The notes under the pieces: generated by a model
Seen by the model: only the letters and a program-made list of their open reading frames with translations
The model's database searches: none
Told to the model about the DNA's origin: nothing
Shown here: positions 30,096-39,111 of the stretch, in pieces
Numbering within the stretch: position 1 is the stretch's first letter
Layout: every line of letters starts with the position of its first letter
Assembly (NCBI GenBank): GCA_024654575.1
Contig: JANLHG010000014.1
Span: 88,745 to 152,744 of the forward strand
Direction of reading: 5' to 3'
DNA: 64,000 bases
From: Patescibacteria group bacterium
GTDB taxonomy: Bacteria > Patescibacteriota > Minisyncoccia > Phycocordibacterales > PALSA-1337
Translations under genes and position numbers: made by a program

Positions 30096-32009
30096 ATGTA
30101 CTTGAAAAGTTTAGAAATATCTGGATTTAAATCTTTTGCCAAGAAATCAATACTTGAATTTAAAGCACCTATTACAGCTATCGTTGGGCCAAATGGTTCT
30201 GGTAAATCAAATGTTGCCGAAGCATTTCGTTTTGTGTTAGGTGAACAGTCTATAAAATCTCTCAGAGGGAAACGAGGAGAAGACCTTATCTTTAATGGAG
30301 GTAATACTGAGGGTAGAAATCTTAATCGTGCGGGTGTTAAAGTTATTTTTGATAATAAAAAAAGGTCTTTTAATATTGATTTTGATGAGATTTCAGTGGA
30401 AAGAATAGTTAATAGAGATTCTTCTAACGAATATATAATTAATGGGAGTCAGATTAGATTAAAAGATGTCTTAGAACTTTTAGCTGGAGCACATATAGGT
30501 TCATCCGGGCATCATATTATTTCTCAAGGTGAAGCAGATAGAATTTTAAATGCTACTATTAAAGAACGTAGGGAGATGATAGAAGATGCCCTTGGTTTGA
30601 AATTGTATCAATATAAAAAACTAGAAAGTATTAAAAAACTTGATAAGACTCAAGAAAATATTAAAGATGTGGAATCATTAAAACGTGAGATTGCTCCACA
30701 TTTGAAATTTTTAAAAAAACAAGTTGAAAAAATTGACAAGGTTTTAGAAATGAAAAAGTCTCTTGTTGATTTTTATAAAGAATATTTTAAGCGAGAAGAA
30801 ATATATCTACAATCAAAAAGAAAAAAAATTGAAGATGGTATGCGTGAGCCAAAACAAAAGCTTATTGAGCTTGATAATGAACTTGTAAAAGTAAAAGAAA
30901 AACTTGTAGAAACAGAAAATATTGAGCACCCTACCGAAGTAGATAAAATCGTCCATTTCAAAGATACTGAATCACTTTTAAAACATATTGATATCTTGGC
31001 GGAAGAGGGAGAAAAAAGTGAAAATGTGACGGATGTAAAAAATATTTTGAAAAAAATTAGGTCTTTCGCTAAAGAGTTTTCTATTATTGTTGATAAAGAA
31101 TCTGAAATTGAAAAATTGAAAGCCGAAAAAGATGTTTTCAGAATTATTGCTATTCAAAATGAACTTAAAGGGGTACTTAATTCTTTAGAAACTCAAGAAA
31201 AAACACTTGTTTTTGAAGAAGAATCTTTTAAAAGAACTCTTTCTGAAGCGTATGTATTGGCTGGTAGAGAAGCTGTAGACTTTCAAAAACTTTCTTTTGA
31301 AATTGAAGAAGATAGATCATCACAGGAAGAAAGAAGAAAAAATATTGAAAAAATAAAAATAAGAATTGAAGATTCTGGTGCTGGTAATAGTGCTGATGTA
31401 GTCAAAGAATATAAAGAAGTGGAAGACAGAGATGTTTTCCTTTCTAAAGAACTTGAAGATTTGCGTAAATCAGCAGAAACGCTTGAAGGACTTATAAAAG
31501 AGCTAGATGTTCGATTAGATACTGAATTTAAAAACGGTATTATCAAAATAAACATTCAATTTAATCATTTCTTTTCACTTATGTTTGATGGAGGAAATGC
31601 TTCATTAGAGATTGTTAAAGAAAAGAAAAAGAGCGATGAGACAGAAGAGATCGAAAATGGAGTGGAGATTAATGTTAATTTACCACGCAAGAAAATTAAA
31701 GGCCTTGAAATGTTGTCTGGTGGGGAACGGGCTCTTACTTCAATTGCTTTACTTTTTGCTATATCTCAAGTTAATCCTCCTCCCTTTATTATTCTTGATG
31801 AAACTGATGCTGCACTTGACGAAGCTAATTCACGAAAGTATGCCGATATGATTGAAAATCTTTCACATTATTCTCAACTTATTTTAATTACTCATAATCG
31901 CGAAACGATGTCTCGTGCTGGGGTTTTGTATGGTGTTACAATGAGCTCTGATGGTGCATCTAAGTTACTTTCTATCCAATTTGAAGAAGCCGTCAAAGTG
32001 GCGAAATAA
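30096..32009 (+). CDS. smc: SMC-family ATPase with an abbreviated coiled coil (637 aa)
   Basis: Walker A GPNGSGKSN; coiled-coil middle; signature LSGGERALTSIALLFAI; Walker B FIILDETDAALD. Confidence 0.6.
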   Translation: MYLKSLEISGFKSFAKKSILEFKAPITAIVGPNGSGKSNVAEAFRFVLGEQSIKSLRGKRGEDLIFNGGNTEGRNLNRAGVKVIFDNKKRSFNIDFDEISVERIVNRDSSNEYIINGSQIRLKDVLELLAGAHIGSSGHHIISQGEADRILNATIKERREMIEDALGLKLYQYKKLESIKKLDKTQENIKDVESLKREIAPHLKFLKKQVEKIDKVLEMKKSLVDFYKEYFKREEIYLQSKRKKIEDGMREPKQKLIELDNELVKVKEKLVETENIEHPTEVDKIVHFKDTESLLKHIDILAEEGEKSENVTDVKNILKKIRSFAKEFSIIVDKESEIEKLKAEKDVFRIIAIQNELKGVLNSLETQEKTLVFEEESFKRTLSEAYVLAGREAVDFQKLSFEIEEDRSSQEERRKNIEKIKIRIEDSGAGNSADVVKEYKEVEDRDVFLSKELEDLRKSAETLEGLIKELDVRLDTEFKNGIIKINIQFNHFFSLMFDGGNASLEIVKEKKKSDETEEIENGVEINVNLPRKKIKGLEMLSGGERALTSIALLFAISQVNPPPFIILDETDAALDEANSRKYADMIENLSHYSQLILITHNRETMSRAGVLYGVTMSSDGASKLLSIQFEEAVKVAK

Positions 32010-33947
32010 TTACGCCAGCACATAATCAAGAGTTTTTTTATTCAAATCGGCGGATTTTACTTTGAAACGGATTTTACCACCTAACTGATACATTTTTCCA
32101 GTTTTAGTTCCAATAATTGCATATTTCTTTTTATCTAGTTCATAAAAATCATCATTCATATCACGAAGTTTGATCATACCTTCTGAACGCGTTTCTTCTT
32201 CTTCAACATAAATACCCCATTCAGTGACACCAGAAATAATACCATTAAATTCTTGACCTATTTTTTCTTTCATATATTCAACTTGTTTATATTTTTTTGA
32301 CGCTCGTTCAGCTTCTGATGCGGAAATTTCTCTCTCAGTTGATTTTGAAGCAATGTGACTATATTGAACAAAATCTTTGTCTCCTAGTTTAGCTCCAGTG
32401 AGGTGTGCTTCAAGAATTCTTTGAACTAACAAATCTGGGTAACGACGAATGGGGGAAGTGAAATGAGTATAATATTCAAAAGCCAGACCAAAGTGTCCAA
32501 CATTGTCTATTGAATAAATAGCTTTTGCCATTGAGCGAATAGCGGCGGTTTTAATCAATCCTTCTTCGGCTTTTCCTTCAATTCTTTTAAGAAGAGCATT
32601 AATGTCTTGTTGAGAAACACCTTTTTCTTTTATTGGTAATTCATAACCTAAGGCTTTTACTAAAATGGCTAGATTCTCAATTTTTTCTTTGTCAGGAGTA
32701 TTATGAATTCTGTAAATTGAAGAGATACCTTTTCCACCTTTTTTCTTAATTGAATTGTAGATATATTTAGCCACTTCGCGATTAGCGAGAAGCATATATT
32801 CTTCAACTAATTTATGCGTATCAAGACGAGCTTTTTTGTATACGCCGATAGGTTTGAAATTTTCATCAAGTTTGAATTTTATTTCGTCCTGCTCAAACTC
32901 TATGGCTCCAGCTCTAAATTTTTCTTGTTGAAGTTTTTTTGCAATTTTATTTAATATCCTAAGTTCTTCAGCGTATTGACCACCTGCCTGCGTAGACAGG
33001 CCAGCGTCAATGGTTTCTTGAGCATTTTCGTAAGTAAATCTTTTGTCTGAATTTATAATCGTTTTTCCAAACCAACTTTCGTGAACAATTCCTTCTGTAT
33101 CCATTACAAATACTGCAGAAAATGTTAATTTGTCTTCATTTGGGTTTAAACTACAGACATCGTTTGAAAGAACTTCTGGAAGCATTGGAATAGTTCTATC
33201 TACGAGATAGATGGAACAACCACGAGACAAGGCCTCTTTATCAAGTGCTGTGTTGGGAATAACATAATGAGAAACATCTGCGATATGTACACCTATTTCG
33301 AATCGATTTTCTTCAAGTTTTTTGAATGAAATAGCATCATCAAAATCTTTAGCATCAAATGGGTCAATGGTAAATGTGAGAGTATTTCTAAAGTCTTTTC
33401 TTTTGGCAATTTCTTCTGTAGTTATTTTTTTATTTTGTCTAATTTTTTCAGCTTCTTTTTCCACTTCTATAGGAAATTTTAAATCAAAACCTTTTTCAAG
33501 AACAATTGATTCCATTTCTACATTATGCGTTCCTTTTTCGCCGAGAATCTTGATAATTTCTCCTTGGGGATTTTTTTGAGATTTATCCCATTTGACAATT
33601 TTTACTTGGGCTTTAGTCCCAGTTTTAATTTGATTATTATTTTCTTTTAGTACAAAGATGTCAACATACATTTTGCGGTCGTCTGGTATAAGAAAACATA
33701 AATTTTTAGAACATTCCAAAACTCCTACAAAAGTATCTTTTGCTCTTTTTACCACACTAACTACTTCTCCACTTTGTCGTTGTCCTTTTATAATAGGATG
33801 AAGCAATATCTCAACTTCATCTCCGTTTAGTGCTGTATTCAAAAAACCTGTTTGGATTTCAATGTCTTCAGGTAGGGATTTCTTTTCATCATTTATATAG
33901 CCAACACCTTTGCCCGTGGTTGAAATAATTCCTCTCATTTTTTTCAT
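32010..33947 (-). CDS. rnr: Ribonuclease R / RNase II family exoribonuclease
   Basis: OB/cold-shock domain, RNB domain and a C-terminal S1 domain, organised as in RNase R. Confidence 0.9.
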   Translation of the reverse strand: MKKMRGIISTTGKGVGYINDEKKSLPEDIEIQTGFLNTALNGDEVEILLHPIIKGQRQSGEVVSVVKRAKDTFVGVLECSKNLCFLIPDDRKMYVDIFVLKENNNQIKTGTKAQVKIVKWDKSQKNPQGEIIKILGEKGTHNVEMESIVLEKGFDLKFPIEVEKEAEKIRQNKKITTEEIAKRKDFRNTLTFTIDPFDAKDFDDAISFKKLEENRFEIGVHIADVSHYVIPNTALDKEALSRGCSIYLVDRTIPMLPEVLSNDVCSLNPNEDKLTFSAVFVMDTEGIVHESWFGKTIINSDKRFTYENAQETIDAGLSTQAGGQYAEELRILNKIAKKLQQEKFRAGAIEFEQDEIKFKLDENFKPIGVYKKARLDTHKLVEEYMLLANREVAKYIYNSIKKKGGKGISSIYRIHNTPDKEKIENLAILVKALGYELPIKEKGVSQQDINALLKRIEGKAEEGLIKTAAIRSMAKAIYSIDNVGHFGLAFEYYTHFTSPIRRYPDLLVQRILEAHLTGAKLGDKDFVQYSHIASKSTEREISASEAERASKKYKQVEYMKEKIGQEFNGIISGVTEWGIYVEEEETRSEGMIKLRDMNDDFYELDKKKYAIIGTKTGKMYQLGGKIRFKVKSADLNKKTLDYVLA

Positions 33948-33964
33948 AATAGTGTTATTATGAT

Positions 33965-34261
33965 ATGTATATGATAAATGCACAAGATATTGAAAAACTC
34001 GCTGGTTTGGCTCGGCTTTCTATTTCAGAAGAGGAAAAGGAAGAATTAACAAAAAATATGGGTTCTATTTTGGCTTATATTGATGCTATAAAAAAGGCTA
34101 CGGAAGCGAATAAAAAGGCAAATACAGAAGAAATTTACGGAGTGCGTAATGTGATGCGGGAGGATTCGGAACCTCATCAATCTGGAATGTATTCAGAAAA
34201 GATTTTGAATGAAGCACCGAGGCGAGAAGGGGATTATGTAAAGGTGAAAAAGATATTATGA
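33965..34261 (+). CDS. gatC: Glu/Asp-tRNA amidotransferase subunit C
   Basis: IEKLAGLARLSISEEEKEE... Confidence 0.85.
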   Translation: MYMINAQDIEKLAGLARLSISEEEKEELTKNMGSILAYIDAIKKATEANKKANTEEIYGVRNVMREDSEPHQSGMYSEKILNEAPRREGDYVKVKKIL

Positions 34262-35688
34262 TTATCGATTTAAAAAATCTGACCATTAAAAAAGTTCACG
34301 AACATTTTATTAAAGGTGATTTTACTGCACTTGATTTAGCTCGAGCATATTTAAAAAATATTGAAAGTAAAAATAAAGATTTAAATGCCTATCTTGAAGT
34401 TTTTGATGATGTCGAAGAACAAGCAAAAATTGCTGACGATAAAATAAAAGCTGGTAAAGCAGATATTTTGACTGGTATTCCTTTTGCTATAAAAGATAAT
34501 ATTTTGATTGAGGGTAGAATTGCTAGTTCAGCTTCAAAAATATTGGAAAATTATCATGCAACCTACGATGCAACTGTTATTAAAAAACTTAAAGAAGCTG
34601 GCGCTATATTTTTAGGTAGAACTAATATGGACGAATTTGCGATGGGTGGTTCAACAGAAAATTCAGCTTTTGGAGTGACAAAAAATCCCTATGATCATAC
34701 GAGAGTTGCTGGTGGGTCATCTGGTGGTTCAGCTGTAGTTGTTGCTGGTGATATGGCACTTGTGGCGTTAGGAAGCGATACGGGAGGTTCTGTTAGACAA
34801 CCTGCGAGTTTTTGTGGATTAGTTGGTTTAAAACCGACTTATGGCTCAGTGTCTCGTTATGGACTAATGGCGATGGGTTCTTCTCTTGACCAAATTGGAC
34901 CTATTACAAAAACTGCTGAAGATGCAGAGATTATTTTTAATGAGGTTCATGGAAAAGATATTAATGATAGTACGACTATTTTTGAAAATACTCATCCAAA
35001 AAAAGATTTAAAAAATAAAAAATTAATAATCGGTATACCAAAAAACTTCATAAATAAAGATGGTGTAGACAAAGAAGTTTTCACAAATTTTGAAGCATCA
35101 ATTGCTAAAATAAAATTACTTGGTTATGAAGTTAAAGAAATTTCATTATCAGATATTGATTATTCTCTTGCTGTCTATTACATTATTATGTCCGCTGAAG
35201 CTTCAACGAACCTTTCTCGTTTTGATGGGGTTAAATATGGTTTACACAAAGACGGTAAAAATCTGCTTGAAGATTATTTAATGACTCGAGGGGAAGGTTT
35301 GGGAAAAGAGGTTAGAAGAAGAATACTACTCGGAACTTATGTGCTTTCTTCTGGATATTATGATGCTTATTATAATAAGGCTAATGATATTAGAAAAACA
35401 ATAAAAAAAACATTTGATAATGTCTTTAGAGAAGTTGATGTTATATTAACTCCAACTACACCAACTCCAGCTTTTAAGATAGGTGAAAAATCTAAAGACC
35501 CACTGCAAATGTATTTGGAAGATGTCTTTACAGTTACAGCTAATTTGACGGGTATGCCAGCTATTTCTGTTCCTTCAGGTTTTACTAATGACAAATTGCC
35601 GATAGGAATGCAATTTATTGCTTCTCATGGAAGGGAAAATATTCTCTTTGAGATTAGTAAAGTTTTTGAGAAAAATGGTGTAAAATAA
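34258..35688 (+). CDS. gatA: Glu/Asp-tRNA amidotransferase subunit A (amidase)
   Basis: Amidase signature GGSSGGSAVVVA...GSDTGGS. Confidence 0.9.
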   Translation: MIIDLKNLTIKKVHEHFIKGDFTALDLARAYLKNIESKNKDLNAYLEVFDDVEEQAKIADDKIKAGKADILTGIPFAIKDNILIEGRIASSASKILENYHATYDATVIKKLKEAGAIFLGRTNMDEFAMGGSTENSAFGVTKNPYDHTRVAGGSSGGSAVVVAGDMALVALGSDTGGSVRQPASFCGLVGLKPTYGSVSRYGLMAMGSSLDQIGPITKTAEDAEIIFNEVHGKDINDSTTIFENTHPKKDLKNKKLIIGIPKNFINKDGVDKEVFTNFEASIAKIKLLGYEVKEISLSDIDYSLAVYYIIMSAEASTNLSRFDGVKYGLHKDGKNLLEDYLMTRGEGLGKEVRRRILLGTYVLSSGYYDAYYNKANDIRKTIKKTFDNVFREVDVILTPTTPTPAFKIGEKSKDPLQMYLEDVFTVTANLTGMPAISVPSGFTNDKLPIGMQFIASHGRENILFEISKVFEKNGVK

Positions 35689-35692
35689 GAGT

Positions 35693-36292
35693 ATGCTTAA
35701 TTATCTATCAAATTTACCTCAAATAGATTATCAAAAAATTTTTTCAAGTACTTATGATTTTTTCTATAATTTAAGTTATTTAGAATGGTTAAAAAACTTC
35801 TTTTCTTTTCTGAATTATTATCAGGCTATTTCAACATTGGTAACCCTTATTTTATCTATCGGTATTTTTTATTCAATATTGCGTATTATCCAAATAAGAC
35901 AAAAAGAGGCGATGATTTATTATCCTAATATTTCTGAAATTGAAAACATGGAAATATCTAAAGAGGGAATGAAAACTATTAAAAAATGGGATAAAATATT
36001 AAACCATTTGGAATCAGAAAATATTAATGATTGGAAAGTCGCTATTATTGAAACTGATATTCTTTTAGGAGAAATGCTTGATAAAGTGGGTTATCAAGGT
36101 GATAGTATAGGTGAAAAACTAAAAAGAGTTGAAAAGGGTGATTTGATTACTTTAGATAAAGCATGGGAAGCCCATAAAGTTAGAAATGAAATCGCACATC
36201 AAGGTTCAGAATTCGCTATTAATCAAAGGGAAGCAAGGCGTGTTGTGGCTATGTATAAAGAGGTTATAAATGAGCTTGAGAGAAGGAATTAG
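35693..36292 (+). CDS. Hypothetical membrane protein
   Basis: One TM helix; no family recognised. Confidence 0.45.
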   Translation: MLNYLSNLPQIDYQKIFSSTYDFFYNLSYLEWLKNFFSFLNYYQAISTLVTLILSIGIFYSILRIIQIRQKEAMIYYPNISEIENMEISKEGMKTIKKWDKILNHLESENINDWKVAIIETDILLGEMLDKVGYQGDSIGEKLKRVEKGDLITLDKAWEAHKVRNEIAHQGSEFAINQREARRVVAMYKEVINELERRN

Positions 36293-36962
36293 ACTTTAGT
36301 TGACTAATGCTTCCTAGAATACGTCGTCGTAGATTTGTACCACGTCTTATTTTTATTCTTAATGTACCGTAATAATTGTCGTGATTTAAGTATCTTTTTT
36401 TAGAAATTGTTTTTATTAAACTAGTTTTTGTAAATTGTGAAGTAGGAACGTTTGTAATGCTTGACCAATAATTAATGATTTTTTGTATTCTATTTGAGTG
36501 TACATTGTTAATACTTATTCTTAATATAAAATTCTCTAATTTTATTTGATATATTTTTTCAAACCATTTTATCATTATTTTTATAATTTCTGGATCACTA
36601 TTAGTAAATCCAACTTCCTCATTTCCTTTCTTATATCCTTCTGCCCAGTAAAGAGCAAGTCCTGTTATGTACAAATCTCTTCTACTTAAATCTTTTACAT
36701 CTTTTTTGCCAATATCTGTATAGTATATAGTTTGAATAATTCTTTCTTTTTTGTGTTGTTCGTAATATTTTAGTAGTGCTTTAGAACTTTCACTTTTTTG
36801 TTTTTCTTGTAGTTTTTTTACTTGCGTATCATTAAGTAAAATATTTCTACACCATACACTGGTTGTACTTTTACTGATTTGTAATGTATTTGCGATGTCA
36901 TTAATACTCATTCCTTGTTTACGAAGTATGTGAGCTTTTTCTTTTTTTAGTATGTATGCCAT
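36264..36962 (-). CDS. HTH-domain protein with a LAGLIDADG-like motif (GLALYWAEGYKK); putative homing-endonuclease-like protein, paralog A
   Basis: N-terminal HTH (GMSINDIANTLQISKSTTSVW); central L-x-G-x-A-L-Y-W-A-E-G motif followed by a basic beta-rich region as in single-motif LAGLIDADG enzymes. It is a paralog of 37554..38246. Confidence 0.45.
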   Translation of the reverse strand: MAYILKKEKAHILRKQGMSINDIANTLQISKSTTSVWCRNILLNDTQVKKLQEKQKSESSKALLKYYEQHKKERIIQTIYYTDIGKKDVKDLSRRDLYITGLALYWAEGYKKGNEEVGFTNSDPEIIKIMIKWFEKIYQIKLENFILRISINNVHSNRIQKIINYWSSITNVPTSQFTKTSLIKTISKKRYLNHDNYYGTLRIKIRRGTNLRRRILGSISQLKSNSFSQAHL

Positions 36963-37053
36963 AATTATGTACTAACTATACTAGGTTAGTATACCATGTA
37001 TTGCTATTGATTTAAATTTATAATTACGATAGTATATTAAAAGTAGGTTAAAT

Positions 37054-37353
37054 AGCGGGATAGAGTAACAGTAATTCGCAAGGCTCAATTTGGGCTCATT
37101 TCTTAGTAATAAGATATTGATATTTCGTCAAAGTCGGTGAAACCTATTTTTAAAATGATTGGTAATACCGAGCCAAGTTCTAATTTTTATTAGAAAAGGT
37201 GTAGAGACTAGACGGCGAACATCCTGAGTAGTAATTACGAAGGATGAAGGTATAGTCCAGACCACAAATTTGTTATTATGTAGCAAAGCGATGCAAATCG
37301 TAGCGGTAAGCATAACCTTGAGATCTGGGTGCGACTCCCGGTCCCGCAACCAC
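37054..37353 (+). ncRNA. Structured RNA with a tRNA-like 3' domain (T-arm, acceptor, ACCA); candidate tmRNA (ssrA)
   Basis: The 3' end CTGGG-TGCGACT-CCCGG (T-arm) then TCCCGCA-A-CCA. A complementary 5' AGCGGGA lies at 37054-37060, followed by AATTCGCAAGG resembling the tmRNA GAUUCGACGGG element. CAAGG/CCTTG pairing brackets the body as a P2 helix would. The downstream hairpin with T-runs on both strands marks the transcript end. The ORFs called here in the six-frame track are rejected. Confidence 0.35.
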
Positions 37354-37362
37354 GTAAAAAGA

Positions 37363-37390
37363 AAAACTCCACACTGTGTGGAGTTTTTCT
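37363..37390. terminator. Bidirectional rho-independent terminator (CTCCACACTGTGTGGAG flanked by A-run/T-run)
   Basis: Perfect hairpin between the convergent candidate ncRNA (+) and tRNA-Asp (-), with T-runs on both strands. Confidence 0.6.
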
Positions 37391-37391
37391 T

Positions 37392-37468
37392 TGGCGCGGT
37401 CGACCGGGCTTGAACCGGCAACCTCTCACGTGACAGGCGAGTGCTCTAACCAGTTGAGCTACGACCGC
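37392..37468 (-). tRNA. tRNA-Asp (GTC), CCA encoded
   Basis: Cloverleaf folded by hand: acceptor GCGGTCG/CGACCGC, anticodon loop CTGTCAC, T-loop TTCAAGC, GCCA 3' end. Confidence 0.9.
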
Positions 37469-37553
37469 ATCTCCTAAAATGTATCAGATTTAGCGATTCA
37501 AATCAATCTTGTGGATAAAGTCGTACTATCAATATGGTATTATATATTACACT

Positions 37554-38246
37554 ATGGCTAAGTTTGATTTACGCTTAAAAGCTTTAAAACGAAGGAGAAT
37601 AGGTGAAAGTATAGGACATATTGCAAAGGAATTGAATGTTTCAAAAGGTACGGTAAGTTTATGGTGTTCAGATATAGAATTAACCGAAAAACAAAAAGAA
37701 ATTTTAGCTAAAAAATCTAATCTCGCAAGTCTTGATGGAAGAATGCGAGGAGTTGAAACAAATAGAAAAAAAAGACTTGATACAATCTCACGATATGAAA
37801 AGGATGGAAAAGAATTTACTGGATGTTTATCCAGTCGAGATAAAATGCTTATTGGGGTAGCATTATATTGGGCAGAGGGGAGTAAAAAGAAAGGTGTTTT
37901 TAGTTTTGTTAACTCTGATGCAGTAATAGTTAAATGTGTATCTAGATGGTTAAATGATGTTATGGGAGTTTCTAAAGAAGATTTTATTCCTAGGGTTGCA
38001 ATCAATGAAATGCATAGAAAGCGTATTGAAAAAGTTTTGAATTTTTGGTCAAATCTGTTAGAATTGCCGCGTAGTCAATTTAGGAATACTTTTTTTATTA
38101 AAACTGTTCAAAAGAAAGTATATGAGAACTATGACACTTATTATGGTACTCTTGTACTTAGAGTTAGAAATAGTACTCATTTAAAGTATAGGATATTAGG
38201 TTTAATTGAGGGATTAAAGAACGGTATTTATAATTTGCTGGGGTAG
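37554..38246 (+). CDS. HTH-domain protein with a LAGLIDADG-like motif (GVALYWAEGSKK); paralog B
   Basis: HTH (IGHIAKELNVSKGTVSLW) plus the same central motif and C-terminal pattern (NYWS/NFWS...TNVP/LELP...SQF...YDTYYGTL) as paralog A. Its stop overlaps the first bases of tRNA-Met. Confidence 0.45.
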   Translation: MAKFDLRLKALKRRRIGESIGHIAKELNVSKGTVSLWCSDIELTEKQKEILAKKSNLASLDGRMRGVETNRKKRLDTISRYEKDGKEFTGCLSSRDKMLIGVALYWAEGSKKKGVFSFVNSDAVIVKCVSRWLNDVMGVSKEDFIPRVAINEMHRKRIEKVLNFWSNLLELPRSQFRNTFFIKTVQKKVYENYDTYYGTLVLRVRNSTHLKYRILGLIEGLKNGIYNLLG

Positions 38247-38310
38247 CTCAGGTAGTTAGAGCATCTCACTCATAAAGAGAAGGTCACAGGTGCAAGTCCT
38301 GTCTCCAGCA
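38237..38310 (+). tRNA. tRNA-Met/Ile2-type (anticodon CAT), elongator-like, 3' CAA (CCA not encoded)
   Basis: Cloverleaf: GCTGGGG/CTCCAGC with one G-U pair, D-arm GCTC...GAGC, anticodon loop CTCATAA, T-loop TGCAAGT. There is an A31-A39 mismatch. Confidence 0.75.
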
Positions 38311-38348
38311 CAAATTTGATCAAAATGAATAACTATTATAAATAAATT

Positions 38349-38873
38349 ATGATTTTACCTGGACATCTTGCAACTGGATTTTTGGCTACCACTGCTATAT
38401 TAAGTGTTATTCATCCAGAGTTTTCATCAGCTCAAACTAATTTTCTTTTAATTTTTGGCACATTAGCTGGAGATTTTCCAGATATTGATGTGCTCTATCA
38501 TTTTTTAAAAAAGAAAAGTATAAATCCAGAAAATTTAGGTGATCATAGGCATTACGTTACTCACGCACCGATTTTATGGTTTATACTAGGTATTATAATA
38601 TTTTTAGTTGGTAGTAATCTATTTTTAAAAATAATAGGTTTATTGACATTAGTAGGACCAACTGTACATTTTTTATGTGATTCTATTGACTATGGAGTAA
38701 TGTGGCTTTGGCCTTTTTCTAATCGTCGTTTCTCAATTATCCCGTGGCGTGAACCGACTAATTTATTATCTCGTTCACCATGGGGACGATTGTTTGAAAA
38801 ATATAAGAAAGTGCCGACTTTTTACGTAGAAATAGTAGTCGTTATTATTGCAATTGTTCTTTTATTGCAATAA
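38349..38873 (+). CDS. Membrane-bound metal-dependent hydrolase-like protein (YdjM/DUF457-like)
   Basis: MILPGHLATGFLA... start and multiple TM helices. Confidence 0.45.
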   Translation: MILPGHLATGFLATTAILSVIHPEFSSAQTNFLLIFGTLAGDFPDIDVLYHFLKKKSINPENLGDHRHYVTHAPILWFILGIIIFLVGSNLFLKIIGLLTLVGPTVHFLCDSIDYGVMWLWPFSNRRFSIIPWREPTNLLSRSPWGRLFEKYKKVPTFYVEIVVVIIAIVLLLQ

Positions 38874-38891
38874 GATTACTTGTGATGCCCT

Positions 38892-38946
38892 AAAACATTT
38901 TACAAATAAAATGTTCGGGCGAACATTTGCGAAGCAAATGTTTTAG
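38892..38946 (+). repeat. Two tandem related hairpins (AAAACATTTTACAAATAAAATGTT and CGAACATTTGCGAAGCAAATGTTTTAG) immediately upstream of tRNA-Thr; the second is near-identical to a hairpin inside rnpB
   Basis: Direct reading of the sequence; compare 59996..60024. Confidence 0.55.
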
Positions 38947-39022
38947 CCGTTGTAGCTCAGATGGTTAGAGCACTCCATTGGTAATGGGGAGGTCATCGGT
39001 TCAATTCCGATCAACGGCTCCA
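38946..39022 (+). tRNA. tRNA-Thr (GGT), CCA encoded
   Basis: GCCGTTG...anticodon loop TTGGTAA...T-loop TTCAATT...CAACGGC-T-CCA. Confidence 0.9.
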
Positions 39023-39031
39023 GTGCAAATT

Positions 39032-39107
39032 GCCAAAGTAGCTCAGTTGGTAGAGCACCGCTTTCGTAAAGCGGGGGTCGTCGGTTCAATCCCGACCTTT
39101 GGCTCCA
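39032..39107 (+). tRNA. tRNA-Thr (CGT), CCA encoded
   Basis: GCCAAAG...anticodon loop TTCGTAA...T-loop TTCAATC...CTTTGGC-T-CCA. Confidence 0.9.
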
Positions 39108-39111
39108 ATTT

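Noticed and set aside
37128-37429. ORF-track CDSs 37128..37421(-) and 37235..37429(-)
   Set aside because: They overlap the structured RNA region and tRNA-Asp and have no start or RBS context. They are read-through artefacts of a noncoding RNA locus.
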